A stretch of DNA of 64,000 nt from Syntrophales bacterium (GCA_963662405.2 CAXXKT010000001.1:2560001-2624000), one strand, 5' to 3'; numbered from the stretch's first letter, positions 18,341 through 28,560 are shown. A program made the numbers and translations. Notes: a model not told the origin generated them from the letters alone.

Positions 18341-18601
18341 TAGCGATGCAAGGTTCATTTTGCGCGGAACATCCTGGCTCACATCCCCCATAGAGAGGAA
18401 GGGTCCTTTGCCGTGAGACTGAAGACCCCCTGGCTGCCGTCCACGAAGGAGGCGGTCTTGCAGGCAGCCCGGTTGTTGATTGATGAATATCGAAACCGTT
18501 TTCCTCAGGCTTTCATGAGGAAAAGGGTCTGGAGGATGCCCTGCCATTTTTCAAAGAATTGGCCTATAAGAAATTTACACATAAAAATTGACAGTACCCA
18601 T
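18341..18601 (+). pseudogene. IS256-family transposase remnant
   Basis: (TAG)RCKVHFARNILAHIP resembles the IS256 QRCxxHxxRN motif; continues EYRNRFPQA, then after frameshifts EKGLEDAL and KIDST. Confidence 0.75.
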
Positions 18602-18630
18602 TCCGACGTGCCGTTCTTGCCAAGACCTTT

Positions 18631-20436
18631 TTACAATTTATATTTTTCCAGCCGACGGTAAAGAGTAGCTCGTGAGATATTCAATTTTTCCGCGATACTG
18701 TTTTTGGGAAAGTCGTACTTCAGCAACTTTAATATCATTTGACGTTCCATCTCATCAATAGGGACTACTTCAGAATCTATTTTGTTGCCTTGTGAATTAT
18801 AAGCAATTTCAAAAGGCATAAGGTCGAGGGTCAGTTTATTCGTCGGAGCTATATTAATTGCACGTTCTATAATGTTTTGTAGTTCCCTTATATTCCCAGG
18901 CCATGTATAGCGTAAGAAAATATCCAGCACTTTTTCATCAATTTCATCCATCTCCTTGTTCATTTTTTTGCTTATATTTTTTACAAAATGACCGGCAAGA
19001 ACAGGAATATCGCTTTTTCTTCCCCGAAGAGGGATCATTTCCATCGTAAAAACATTAATACGATAATATAAGTCTTCCCGAAAAGCCTTGTTTCGAACCT
19101 GTTCGTGCAAATTTCTATTTGAAGCAGCGATAATACGGACATTGAGTGGAATTGTTTCTCTCCCCCCAATTCTTGTAATGGTCTTTTCTTCCAGAACTCT
19201 CAGAAAATTCGCCTGTAACTCTAATGGCATCTCGGATATTTCGTCGAGAAATATTGTTCCGCCATCAGCCAACTCGAATTTTCCTTGATTTCCTCCTTTT
19301 CTGGAACCCGTAAAAGCTCCTTCTGAATAACCGAAAAGTTCACTCGACATAAGATCTCTTGGTATTGCAGCACAATTTAACGCCACATATGGGCCACGTT
19401 TACGTTCACTTGCATTATGAATTGCTTGAGCGAACACATCTTTCCCGGTACCGCTTTCTCCCAGGAGAAGCACTGTTGAATCACTTCGAGAGGCTAATTT
19501 TGCCAACTTGACAGTGTTAAGAAACCGGGGATTATTGCCAATAATATTTTCGAATTTGAAACTTGCTTTTGCTCCTGTCATCCTGGTTGCCAAAGCTTTT
19601 GCTCTATTGATTTCGTTCAACATTATGATTTTGCCGACCACTTCTTTGTTGTGCGAAAGTATCGAATTGCAGGTAATTGTGTAATCACTGTATTTGTCTT
19701 GTTTGAATATCTTGACCTCAACATCGGTAACTGAATTCCCATTATCGAGAATATTTAGCAAAATATTGCGATTTTCTTTTCCTCTCAGTATATCTTTTAT
19801 ATTCTTTCCTATAATCATGTGACTAGGTAAGCCGAAAATTCCTTTTGTTTTCTCATTTGCGAGGGTAATGATCCCATCAGTGTCAATTGTGATAAGTGCC
19901 TCTGAAATAGATTCAATGACCGTATCCTTAAAATTATTGGCAGTTTGATATTTTTCATAAGTCTTTTTTTGACTAAGGGAATTTTCAATGGCATAGGCGG
20001 CGGCAGCAACCATTCCCAGTGTATGGTAATTTGCTTTTGCGGAAGGAGCTGTCATGTCGAGGCACCCAATGACCTCACCCTTGGTGTCCTTAATTGGTGC
20101 TCCAGAGCACGTCCATTCGCCGGCCTTTCTATTAAAATGTCTTCCGGTAAAAATCTGAGTCGGCTTGCCTAACTCTAAAGCATTTCCTTCGGCGTTTAAC
20201 CATTTGTTTTTGCTGCCCCAACAGGCACCTACAATTACTTTGTATCGCTCCATAATTTTTTTTACAGTTTCATCTCCAATAATCTTCAGGATATACCCTT
20301 CAGAATCAGCTAGTACAATTATGCACTCAGAATCTTTTACAAAATTATATAAATTTTTAATAAATGGTAAACTAATCTGAATCAGCTCATCATTATCTTC
20401 CAATTTTCTTCTTAAATTTTCACTGTTAAGTATCAC
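18631..20436 (-). CDS. Sigma54-dependent transcriptional activator (AcoR-like: GAF, PAS, AAA+, Fis HTH)
   Basis: GESGTGKDVFA, LNCAAIP, ELFGYSEGAFTGS, FLDEI, FREDLYYR, WPGNIRELQN, LNISRATLYRRL; AT-rich. Confidence 0.93.
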   Translation of the reverse strand: MILNSENLRRKLEDNDELIQISLPFIKNLYNFVKDSECIIVLADSEGYILKIIGDETVKKIMERYKVIVGACWGSKNKWLNAEGNALELGKPTQIFTGRHFNRKAGEWTCSGAPIKDTKGEVIGCLDMTAPSAKANYHTLGMVAAAAYAIENSLSQKKTYEKYQTANNFKDTVIESISEALITIDTDGIITLANEKTKGIFGLPSHMIIGKNIKDILRGKENRNILLNILDNGNSVTDVEVKIFKQDKYSDYTITCNSILSHNKEVVGKIIMLNEINRAKALATRMTGAKASFKFENIIGNNPRFLNTVKLAKLASRSDSTVLLLGESGTGKDVFAQAIHNASERKRGPYVALNCAAIPRDLMSSELFGYSEGAFTGSRKGGNQGKFELADGGTIFLDEISEMPLELQANFLRVLEEKTITRIGGRETIPLNVRIIAASNRNLHEQVRNKAFREDLYYRINVFTMEMIPLRGRKSDIPVLAGHFVKNISKKMNKEMDEIDEKVLDIFLRYTWPGNIRELQNIIERAINIAPTNKLTLDLMPFEIAYNSQGNKIDSEVVPIDEMERQMILKLLKYDFPKNSIAEKLNISRATLYRRLEKYKL

Positions 20437-20516
20437 GGAAACCTCACAGACCGAAAAGTTAAAGATTTTTACTGCTCAAAAACACTCTTGTATAATTTTT
20501 CATCTTTTTCAGTGTG

Positions 20517-20553
20517 CTGAACTACCCTCGGCTTGTAGTCGAGAACTCTTCAG
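20517..20553. repeat. Isolated palindrome resembling IS200/IS605 or REP-type ends
   Basis: CTGAA-CTACC-CTCGGCT-TGT-AGTCGAG-AACTC-TTCAG; minus strand ends AGCCGAGGGTAGTTCA. Confidence 0.35.
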
Positions 20554-20608
20554 TACACCTTGGTTTCCTTGGGACGCATAGAACGTACCCTGTCCCCTTT
20601 TTTACACC

Positions 20609-21685
20609 TCACAGGTAACGGATAGGGTCGAGTTCCTTGCGCCGTCGGATTGATTCGAGGAGACCGATGGTCCCCGTCATCATGTTGTCCCCCCCGGGGG
20701 CGCCGAAGGTGATCGGCAGTCGCGAACCTTCCAGGAGCGCTCGTTTCGGTCCCGTGGCGATCAATACCTCGGCTGAGTCAAAGCCAAAAGAGGTGCGGAG
20801 ATAGGCGCCGTGCCCCCCCTCACGCAGTATCTGTTCATGACTGATTTGTCCGTTCGCGAGGCCAGGGACGAGTTGCTCCATCCGTTCTCTGGTGACGTCT
20901 CGCGTGTGGTATTCAAAGAAACCGGTGATTTCATCGCCTGTGAGGGCGGCGCAGAGCGTGTGCGATGTCGCCACGTCCATGACCATGATGTTCTTCTTTG
21001 CCTGTGCCGAGGTATCCATCGAGGCGCCCACGATAGCCGCCATCCCGCTGTCCATCACGTAGACCTCGTCGGTCGGCAACATACCGACACACGCCGCGAT
21101 AGAGGAGAGGCGGTTCATGGCTGGAGGAACTGCGCCCCCCTCATACAGCAGGGAATGGGGAGAGGGATTTGCGTCCAAAACTGCCGTGAAGATGCTGTGC
21201 CTGAAATCCAGATGGGATACCCCCGGTGGGGGAACCCCGTGGTCCTGGGAACAGACACCCACGACATCGAACGCGAAGGGGACACCGAACCCCGTCACGA
21301 TCTGTTCCAGACGTTCCTGTTGGAGGTCTCCCAGGGTGACGTGAGTATACTGGGAATCCTTTTGCATCTCTTCGGCTGTCTCATCGTCGACGACCCGGAT
21401 ACCCGAGGAGCGGACCCGCTCGATATCGTGGTGGATGGTGGCGGCCGCAGAGGCAGACATGACTACTTCATGATCCCGGGCCCGTTCTATCAGTACGTTC
21501 GATATCGCCCCGCCCCCCATTTCTGCTCCCGTTACCAGGAGTGAGCCCTGGGTTGCCGCCACGGTTTCTGCCAGATCCCTCACCGGTGATTTCACGACTG
21601 CCTTGTAGGGGGTCTGCGATGCCGTATCGTAATAGAGGATATCCATGGTTCCGGCGCCGATATCGATCATCAGGAAACGGCTCAC
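20609..21685 (-). CDS. DUF1786 family protein (function unknown; actin-like fold inferred)
   Basis: IDIGAGTMDIL, SQDHG, VMDSG.AA, FFEYHT, EGGHGA, ATGPKR, APGGDNMMTG. Confidence 0.8.
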   Translation of the reverse strand: MSRFLMIDIGAGTMDILYYDTASQTPYKAVVKSPVRDLAETVAATQGSLLVTGAEMGGGAISNVLIERARDHEVVMSASAAATIHHDIERVRSSGIRVVDDETAEEMQKDSQYTHVTLGDLQQERLEQIVTGFGVPFAFDVVGVCSQDHGVPPPGVSHLDFRHSIFTAVLDANPSPHSLLYEGGAVPPAMNRLSSIAACVGMLPTDEVYVMDSGMAAIVGASMDTSAQAKKNIMVMDVATSHTLCAALTGDEITGFFEYHTRDVTRERMEQLVPGLANGQISHEQILREGGHGAYLRTSFGFDSAEVLIATGPKRALLEGSRLPITFGAPGGDNMMTGTIGLLESIRRRKELDPIRYL

Positions 21686-21735
21686 ATCGCTTCTCCTTTG
21701 GATTCAATCAGGTATGAAGAAAAATCATTCGCGTT

Positions 21736-22482
21736 TTACCGGAGCGCCTCTTTGTTGAAGGTCGAATCGCTGATGCCTTTATTGTACTCCAGCTCACGAA
21801 TCTTCAGCTCGGTCCGCCCCTTTCCATCCGCCCGGGTCATCGTGGTGGAAAAGGGGGTCAGGATCCCATCGACCGTTCTGATATCGTGATTCTCAAGGTA
21901 TTTGTGGAACTCCTTTTTCTCGTAGAAATCGATCCTGACGATACAGTGATCCGCTTTGCGAACATACAATATCAGTTTGCTGTAGACCTTTTCGCCGACC
22001 TCCTTGATCGCCTCTACGGCGTAGCAGCCATCCCCGACGGCCGTGGCCTCACCCAGCAGTGTATACGTATAGTCGTCGATGTCCCGTGAGCCGATATCTT
22101 CGTAATAGAAGTGGGAGTTGACAAAGGGCTTTCCCTTGTCGGACGAGGCGATACGTTTGACCCGCCCCGAGGAGAGACGGAGCCACTGATCGTCATCAGC
22201 GCCCTTGTGCGCGTGGGTCAGGAGCTTGATCTGTGTGGGCCGAGTGAAGGATATCAGGATTTTGTCCTCGTTGTGTGGATACTGTTTTGATCGGCTTTCG
22301 AACTCCTTTTCCGTGATCCGATCACCCTTGTGTATCAGCATCTGGACAGTACTCACCGTGGTGTCGGCCTCAGGGAGTGCTTCGTTTCTTTCCATGATCT
22401 CCCTCCCCGTGAGGGCGAAGACGGGAGTGGAGAGGAAAAGGACACACATAATGAGACAAAAGGCCTTGCATCGCATAGTCAT
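21736..22482 (-). CDS. Outer-membrane lipoprotein-sorting (LolA-like) periplasmic protein
   Basis: Signal peptide, LTGREIME, DDQWLRL..GRVKRIASSDK...FVNSHFYYEDI; directly downstream of an MMPL gene. Confidence 0.85.
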   Translation of the reverse strand: MTMRCKAFCLIMCVLFLSTPVFALTGREIMERNEALPEADTTVSTVQMLIHKGDRITEKEFESRSKQYPHNEDKILISFTRPTQIKLLTHAHKGADDDQWLRLSSGRVKRIASSDKGKPFVNSHFYYEDIGSRDIDDYTYTLLGEATAVGDGCYAVEAIKEVGEKVYSKLILYVRKADHCIVRIDFYEKKEFHKYLENHDIRTVDGILTPFSTTMTRADGKGRTELKIRELEYNKGISDSTFNKEALR

Positions 22483-22491
22483 TTCCCTTTC

Positions 22492-25170
22492 TCAGTCGCG
22501 GTTTGCGGTGTCATTCTGTTCCATTCCGAACAGTTTGTCAATGTTCAGGTGTTTCCATATCCTCGAGGTGTCTGCCGGCCTGTCGAGATTGATCCCGGTG
22601 GCCTTGATGACGGACGGAAGCACGAGGAGCGCCCCGATCGTCGTGTTGATCATCGTGGTGGCCGTCAGGACGGCGAAGAGGGCGATGGGGTAGAATTTGG
22701 AGGTCGTCAGGACCGAGAATCCGAAGACCAGCGCCAGTGACGTGAAGAGGATCGCCTTTCCGGATACGGCGAGGGTGCGCCGTATCGTCTCGTCCACGTC
22801 CCATCCCTTAGCCCTGTTGTGCCGAAAGGTATTGAGAAAATGGATGGTGTCGTCCACACCGATCCCGATGGTGATGGCGGCGATGACGGATGTCGCCACA
22901 TCGAGGTTGATCCTCAGCCACCCCATGATGCCGAAGTTGATGATGACGGCCACGCTCATCGGTATCAGGGCCAGGGGGCCCGCCTTGATCTGCCGGAAGA
23001 GGATGATGACGATCAGGCCCACGACCACGAGTGAGAGGAAGAGACTCTGGAGCTGCCCCTTGACGATATAGTGGGCCAGTTTGACATTGATCATGGGGAA
23101 GCCGCTGATGGTGTAGGAGACCCCCGGCGGGAGGTGCTCATCCAGGTAGTGTCCTATGTCGCCGGCGATCCGGTGGATCTCCGTCGTTCCCACGTGGTAA
23201 TCTTCCTTTTCGCACAGCCTGGCCATCAGGTTGCAGTGTCTGTAATCGATATCGACGAAGGGTTCGAACTCGTCGAACCGGCCGTCGGAGTCATCATCCG
23301 TCCCCGAGTATATCTCCAGGTAGTCGATGATATCCCACCGGTTCTCGGGTATGCGGTAGAAGGAGGGGTCATTGTTGTTCATCGCCATGTGCATGGTCTT
23401 GATGAAGTCGGAGAACGATTCGGTCCTGCCGATATTGAGATGAGGATTTTCGTCGGATACCAGCCACTCCCTGAATTCTTCGATCATGGTGAGGAAGACG
23501 GGATCCTTGACACCGTCGACCGCGCCCGAATCGATCACGATGTTATATCCCCATCCTCCGCCGAACTTGGTGCCGATGGCCTGCGTCTCCACCTTGACCC
23601 GATCGTGTTCCCGGAAGTAGTTCAGGAAGGCGGTCTCGATCCTGATCCGGAAGATCCCCGCCACGGAAACCACGATGAGTATGACGACAACGACCAGGAC
23701 CGCACGATAGTGACGGGTGGCGCCCCGCGCCATGAGCGAGATGATACGGTCGACCACTGTCCGGGTGGTTTTGTTCTCCTTGAACAGGGCGGACGGCCGT
23801 GTCCCCGGCAGGAGGACGAGACAGGCGGGGATCAGTGAGCAGGAGATAAAGACGGCGAAGAGGACACCGATGGCGGAGGCGATTCCCCATTCCCGGATGG
23901 CCGAGACCTGGCTGGTCGCCAGCGTCATAAAGGCGATAAAGGTGGTCAGGCCGGCGAGCAGAACGGTCAGGGATATGTGAGTCATCGATTCGTAGAGCCC
24001 GGCGCGTCTCTCCATCCCCATGATGGTGTCGAAGTCGGCGTAATACTGGTTCAGGAGGTGAATGGCGTAGGAACTCCCCACGGCGATCATGAGGGGGGGG
24101 ATCGAGACGCCCACGGGGGTGATCCGGTAACCGATGTACCCCATCAGACCCAGGATCCACAACTCAGCCAGTCCGAGCGTGACAAAGGGGAGTAGCACCC
24201 CCCGGATTGACCGGAAGTTGATGTAAAAGACGATGATAACAACCAGCAGGACGAGGGGGATATTCCGAAAGAGGTCTGCGTGCATGTAGATGTTGATCCA
24301 CATGTTCACGACGGGGACGCCCGACGATATGATATCGAGACCGCTGCGGTAACTGTCGACTATCTCCGTCATCTCCCGTACGGGCGGGTCCTGATCGTCG
24401 AGGTTGATGAACGTGATAATGAGGCACAGGTCGGTTATCTCGCCGGTTTTCTTGTTCACGCTGTAGAGCCCTGTTTCAAAGGAGGGGTTTCGCTTCAGCT
24501 TCTGCCTGAAGGTGTCGAGTTCTTCCGGGGACGAGGGGAGTATCCGCCGTCCCTGCTCGTCCTCCTCCACGAGGTCGTATGTTGCAAGTGTGTCGTCCTC
24601 GCCGGTGATGTCTTCGGTAGTCAGGGGCGAGACGATCGTATCGACGATCTCCTGCCGCTTGAATTCCGTGGTGTTAAGAATCCCGGTTCGCAGCCGTTCG
24701 AATCGGCGGCCGCTTATCCGGTCAACCGCACCGAAGAGCTTTTCCATCTTCCGGGCGAGGAGCCTCCTGAATGGTGGATCGTCGGCGAATGCCGCCAGGA
24801 GGTCAGCGGAGGAGATCTCTCCCCGTGAGGCGATGGCGTCGAACTTCTTCAGACGGGCTTCTTCACGCTCTTTGTTGAAATCCGTGTATTCCTCCAGGTC
24901 GACAACAAGGAGATCGAATCGGCGGAGAAGCTCCGGGTCCTGCAGATCATCGATAGAGACGCCCATGATGGCGAACCGGCCGTTATCGCCGTAGATCTCC
25001 TTCATCCCTTCGTAATAGAGATATTCACGGTCATGTTTGGGGATGAAGGATTCGACGGAATTGTCAAACGCCAGCCGGCCGATCCCGGGGACCAGGGAAG
25101 CCGTCAGTATGACCAGGATAATCAGGATGGGCAGTGGTCTTTTCAGAACGAAGCGGATATATCGGTTCAT
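22492..25170 (-). CDS. MMPL/RND family transporter
   Basis: 892 aa, two TM repeats, IAVGSSYAIH and IGIGVDDTIHF motifs. Confidence 0.9.
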   Translation of the reverse strand: MNRYIRFVLKRPLPILIILVILTASLVPGIGRLAFDNSVESFIPKHDREYLYYEGMKEIYGDNGRFAIMGVSIDDLQDPELLRRFDLLVVDLEEYTDFNKEREEARLKKFDAIASRGEISSADLLAAFADDPPFRRLLARKMEKLFGAVDRISGRRFERLRTGILNTTEFKRQEIVDTIVSPLTTEDITGEDDTLATYDLVEEDEQGRRILPSSPEELDTFRQKLKRNPSFETGLYSVNKKTGEITDLCLIITFINLDDQDPPVREMTEIVDSYRSGLDIISSGVPVVNMWINIYMHADLFRNIPLVLLVVIIVFYINFRSIRGVLLPFVTLGLAELWILGLMGYIGYRITPVGVSIPPLMIAVGSSYAIHLLNQYYADFDTIMGMERRAGLYESMTHISLTVLLAGLTTFIAFMTLATSQVSAIREWGIASAIGVLFAVFISCSLIPACLVLLPGTRPSALFKENKTTRTVVDRIISLMARGATRHYRAVLVVVVILIVVSVAGIFRIRIETAFLNYFREHDRVKVETQAIGTKFGGGWGYNIVIDSGAVDGVKDPVFLTMIEEFREWLVSDENPHLNIGRTESFSDFIKTMHMAMNNNDPSFYRIPENRWDIIDYLEIYSGTDDDSDGRFDEFEPFVDIDYRHCNLMARLCEKEDYHVGTTEIHRIAGDIGHYLDEHLPPGVSYTISGFPMINVKLAHYIVKGQLQSLFLSLVVVGLIVIILFRQIKAGPLALIPMSVAVIINFGIMGWLRINLDVATSVIAAITIGIGVDDTIHFLNTFRHNRAKGWDVDETIRRTLAVSGKAILFTSLALVFGFSVLTTSKFYPIALFAVLTATTMINTTIGALLVLPSVIKATGINLDRPADTSRIWKHLNIDKLFGMEQNDTANRD

Positions 25171-25375
25171 AATAACCTGCCGGAAAACGGAAAATATGCA
25201 CCTGTCGTTCCGAAGGAGTACTCGTATACCACGCCGATGTCAAATGATTTTTTATTGCCGGGAGACAAGGGCTCTGTCCACTCTTGCCCCCTTTTCACCC
25301 TTGCTTTTCGGGATGCTGATCATCTACTATGGTTCATATATGTGATCGGTACCGTTTCGATAAGGGGGATGTATC

Positions 25376-26950
25376 ATGAAGATCAGCACTGTGGCAAAGA
25401 TGAGAGATCTGGACTGGACGGCCATCGATAAGTTCGGCATAAAAGAAGAACTCTTGATGGAAAACGCGGGTCTGGCCGCATACGGTGTCATACGGGACGA
25501 AATCGGTGTCAGGAGACGGAGGTTTGTCGTTTTTTGCGGCGTGGGGAATAACGGAGGCGACGGTTTTGTCGTTGCCCGAAAGATTCATTCAAACGGTGGG
25601 GATGTCAGGGTCTGTATCGTCGGCAATCGCAAGAAGTTTATCGGTTCGGCTGCGATAAATCTTTCCATCGCCGAGCGGCTTTCCATCCCTGTTTTGGAGC
25701 TCGGCGATGCCGCCTCCGCCGCGGAGGCCATATCCGGCGCGGATGCCATCATTGACGCGATATTCGGAACAGGTCTTACACGGGAGGTCACGGGCCTGTA
25801 CCGGGAGGTCATTGATCTGATCAACGCCGCCGGGAAACCGGTGATAAGTATCGATATCCCCTCGGGTGTCAACGGCGACACGGGGATGATCATGGGGGCG
25901 GCGGTGAAGGCGGATGTCACGGTGACGTTCGGTCTCCCCAAGGTAGGAAATATGCTCTATCCGGGGTACGACCGGTGCGGCAAACTCTACGTGAGCCACA
26001 TATCGTTTCCTCCCGCGCACTACGATAATGACTCGCTCCGGGTCGAGGTCAATACGCCTCCACCGATCCCCCCGAGAAATGCCGAGGGGCATAAGGGTTC
26101 CTTTGGTGACCTTCTTGTTATTGCCGGGGCCGGCGGCTACCTGGGGGCCCCCTATCTTGCCGCCATGTCCTTTTTAAAGGCGGGTGGGGGGTACTCCCGT
26201 CTCGCCGCGCCGCGCTCGATCGTCCCTCACCTGGCGGTTCGCGGAGGGGAGATCGTTTTTGTCCCTCAGGGAGAGACTGCCTCAGGGAGTATCTCTCTCG
26301 AAAACAGTGAATCCTTGCTTGACCTCTCACGGAAGGTGGACATGGTTGTCCTGGGACCCGGTTTGTCACTCGACGAGGAGACCCAATCCCTTTCCCGCAA
26401 GCTTGCCCGGGGCATAGAGGCCCCTCTCCTGATCGACGGGGATGGAATCACGGCCCTGAGCACGGATCTGAACAGTATCAGAGAGAGGACGGTACCGACG
26501 ATCCTGACTCCCCATTTGGGCGAGTTGTCGCGAATCACCGGGATAGCGGCCGAAGAGATACGGGAAAACAGTATAGAAATCCTGCATAAAACGACCGCCG
26601 ATCTCGGGGCGATCATTGTCATGAAGGGGGCACACTCCCTGATCGGATACCCCGACGGCCGGGTCTTCGTCAATCTCAGCGGCAACGCCGGAATGGCGAC
26701 GGCCGGGTCGGGTGACGTTCTCACCGGGGCGATCGCCGCCATGCTCGGCCTGGGGCTCCCCCTCGATGATGCCGTCAGGAAGGGGGTCTTCATCCACGGG
26801 TTCGCCGGGGACCTCGCCGCCGAATACGAAGGGGAAGACGGGATAACCGCCGGGGATATCATGTCGTATCTCCCGCTTGCCGTGAAAATGGATCGGGAGG
26901 GGTTGGATGATTCTGCCCGCGCGCGATACGAGGGGCCCGTGCCGGTATAG
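25376..26950 (+). CDS. nnr: Bifunctional NAD(P)H-hydrate epimerase/dehydratase
   Basis: LLMENAG, GNNGGDG, DAIFGTG, DIPSG, HKGSFG, LTPHLGEL, ATAGSGDVLTG. Confidence 0.95.
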   Translation: MKISTVAKMRDLDWTAIDKFGIKEELLMENAGLAAYGVIRDEIGVRRRRFVVFCGVGNNGGDGFVVARKIHSNGGDVRVCIVGNRKKFIGSAAINLSIAERLSIPVLELGDAASAAEAISGADAIIDAIFGTGLTREVTGLYREVIDLINAAGKPVISIDIPSGVNGDTGMIMGAAVKADVTVTFGLPKVGNMLYPGYDRCGKLYVSHISFPPAHYDNDSLRVEVNTPPPIPPRNAEGHKGSFGDLLVIAGAGGYLGAPYLAAMSFLKAGGGYSRLAAPRSIVPHLAVRGGEIVFVPQGETASGSISLENSESLLDLSRKVDMVVLGPGLSLDEETQSLSRKLARGIEAPLLIDGDGITALSTDLNSIRERTVPTILTPHLGELSRITGIAAEEIRENSIEILHKTTADLGAIIVMKGAHSLIGYPDGRVFVNLSGNAGMATAGSGDVLTGAIAAMLGLGLPLDDAVRKGVFIHGFAGDLAAEYEGEDGITAGDIMSYLPLAVKMDREGLDDSARARYEGPVPV

Positions 26951-26954
26951 GGGA

Positions 26955-28004
26955 CTATCCGGGAAGCTCGATGTTGAGGGCATATTGGAGAACGATATAG
27001 ACGAGGTATACCCCGAGGAGCCAGACCCCCTGCCACCGCCTGAACCATCCGTCCCGGTTCATGAAGATGAAGGAGCGGAATGAGTAGAGGATGATCAGCA
27101 TGGCCGGGAAGTGGAAGGTGAAGAAGTTTGGTGGTATGGAGAGCGGTCTCACCGCCGCCGATGCCCCGATGACAAAGAGGCAGTTGAGGACGTCGGCCCC
27201 CACGACATTCCCCACGGTGATTTCCGGGTGACCCTTCCGGATGGATGCCAGGGCGGTCATCAGCTCGGGGAGCGAGGTCCCCAGGGCCACCATCGTGGCG
27301 GCGATGACATCCTGGGGGACGCCGATCCGAAGGGCGATCTCCGCCGCAGCGGGGACGAGGATGCGCGCCCCGGCGACGACCATGGCGAGCCCCCCCACGA
27401 TCATCAGCCAGGAGATCCCCACGGCGATCGTTTCGGTGTCATTGATTTCCGCTTCTTCCAAGCCGGGACTCTGTCGGGACCACCGGTAGGCCATATACAT
27501 ATAAACCGCGAGGAGGACGAGGAAGAATAGGCCGACCCATCGCTGAAGGACCGGTTCTCCCGTCGTGGTGAAGAGCGTATAAAAGCCAATGACAACCAGA
27601 AGGGTGGCGACACCGACCTGGACCCACCCCGTTCGATTGAGGATGAACCGGTTGACCGGCATGGGGGCCAGGATGCAGGAAAGGCCGAAGATCAGGCCGG
27701 TATCGGCGACAATCGACCCGACGCCGTTTCCCAGCGCAAGCCCCGGGTTTCCCATCCACGCCGCCATCACGGATACGAATGCCTCAGGTGTGGTGGTTCC
27801 CAGTGAAATAATCGTTGCCCCGATCACGATCTTGGAGAGGCCGGTTCTCTCTGCCAAAGCGACGACACCATCTACCATCCAGTCCGCCCCTTTCGAGAGA
27901 AGTGCGATACAGACGATGATGATGATCACGAGGAGCAACGCCGGGGCCCCTGCCATCAGATCATGAAGGGTATCGGTATTCCACATCCAGCCCACATATT
28001 TCAT
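26955..28004 (-). CDS. Ca2+/Na+ antiporter (YrbG/CaCA family)
   Basis: Alpha repeats GTTTPE...GNGVGS and GTSLPE...GNVVGA. Confidence 0.92.
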   Translation of the reverse strand: MKYVGWMWNTDTLHDLMAGAPALLLVIIIIVCIALLSKGADWMVDGVVALAERTGLSKIVIGATIISLGTTTPEAFVSVMAAWMGNPGLALGNGVGSIVADTGLIFGLSCILAPMPVNRFILNRTGWVQVGVATLLVVIGFYTLFTTTGEPVLQRWVGLFFLVLLAVYMYMAYRWSRQSPGLEEAEINDTETIAVGISWLMIVGGLAMVVAGARILVPAAAEIALRIGVPQDVIAATMVALGTSLPELMTALASIRKGHPEITVGNVVGADVLNCLFVIGASAAVRPLSIPPNFFTFHFPAMLIILYSFRSFIFMNRDGWFRRWQGVWLLGVYLVYIVLQYALNIELPG

Positions 28005-28287
28005 ATGACAACCATTTCCCGCCGGCGGCTTGCCTCACACAGGTCAGCCCCGGTATGCCGACCCCGCCCTTTTCCCCCACAAGTGGAAGAGGATGCCGGC
28101 GACCGAGCCCATCCGGTTGGTGATGTTCCATTTATAAATTCACGCCGGTTCCACGGCGTTACAGGATGCCGTGGCGCACCCCACCGCGGGGTGATACCCG
28201 GGGCGATGTCGATGACCGGCCGGCAGGGTGTCCACGATGTGGCATATGGGTGCTTCACTGTTCTTCCATCCGTTGCTTCCGAGGATG

Positions 28288-28560
28288 TCACGCCCTGAAA
28301 ATCGTAACGATCCCGATAACGACAAATCCGACCCCCGCAATAATGGAAAGGTATTTCTCGCTGATGTAATTCGAAACGAAAGTCCCCGCAACGACACCGA
28401 TCCCCGACGCGACGATAAGGGCCAACGATGCCCCCAGGAACACGATCAGTTTACTTACTTCCTTGTCCGTTGCGAAGAGCATGGTAGCCAATTGTGTCTT
28501 GTCACCCAGCTCCGCCACAAAGACGGCCGAAAACACCATGGCAAGTGTCTTGAAATCCAC
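28288..28560 (-). CDS. UPF0016/GDT1 (TMEM165) family protein, single repeat
   Basis: AELGDKTQL motif; AAGGAGGAG RBS before GTG 28560. Confidence 0.9.
   Translation of the reverse strand: MDFKTLAMVFSAVFVAELGDKTQLATMLFATDKEVSKLIVFLGASLALIVASGIGVVAGTFVSNYISEKYLSIIAGVGFVVIGIVTIFRA

Noticed and set aside
28005..28287. Mn-sensing yybP-ykoY riboswitch or the 96-aa ORF upstream of the Ca/Na antiporter
   Set aside because: Only generic GC hairpins; no consensus recognised, and the ORF has no coding-like features
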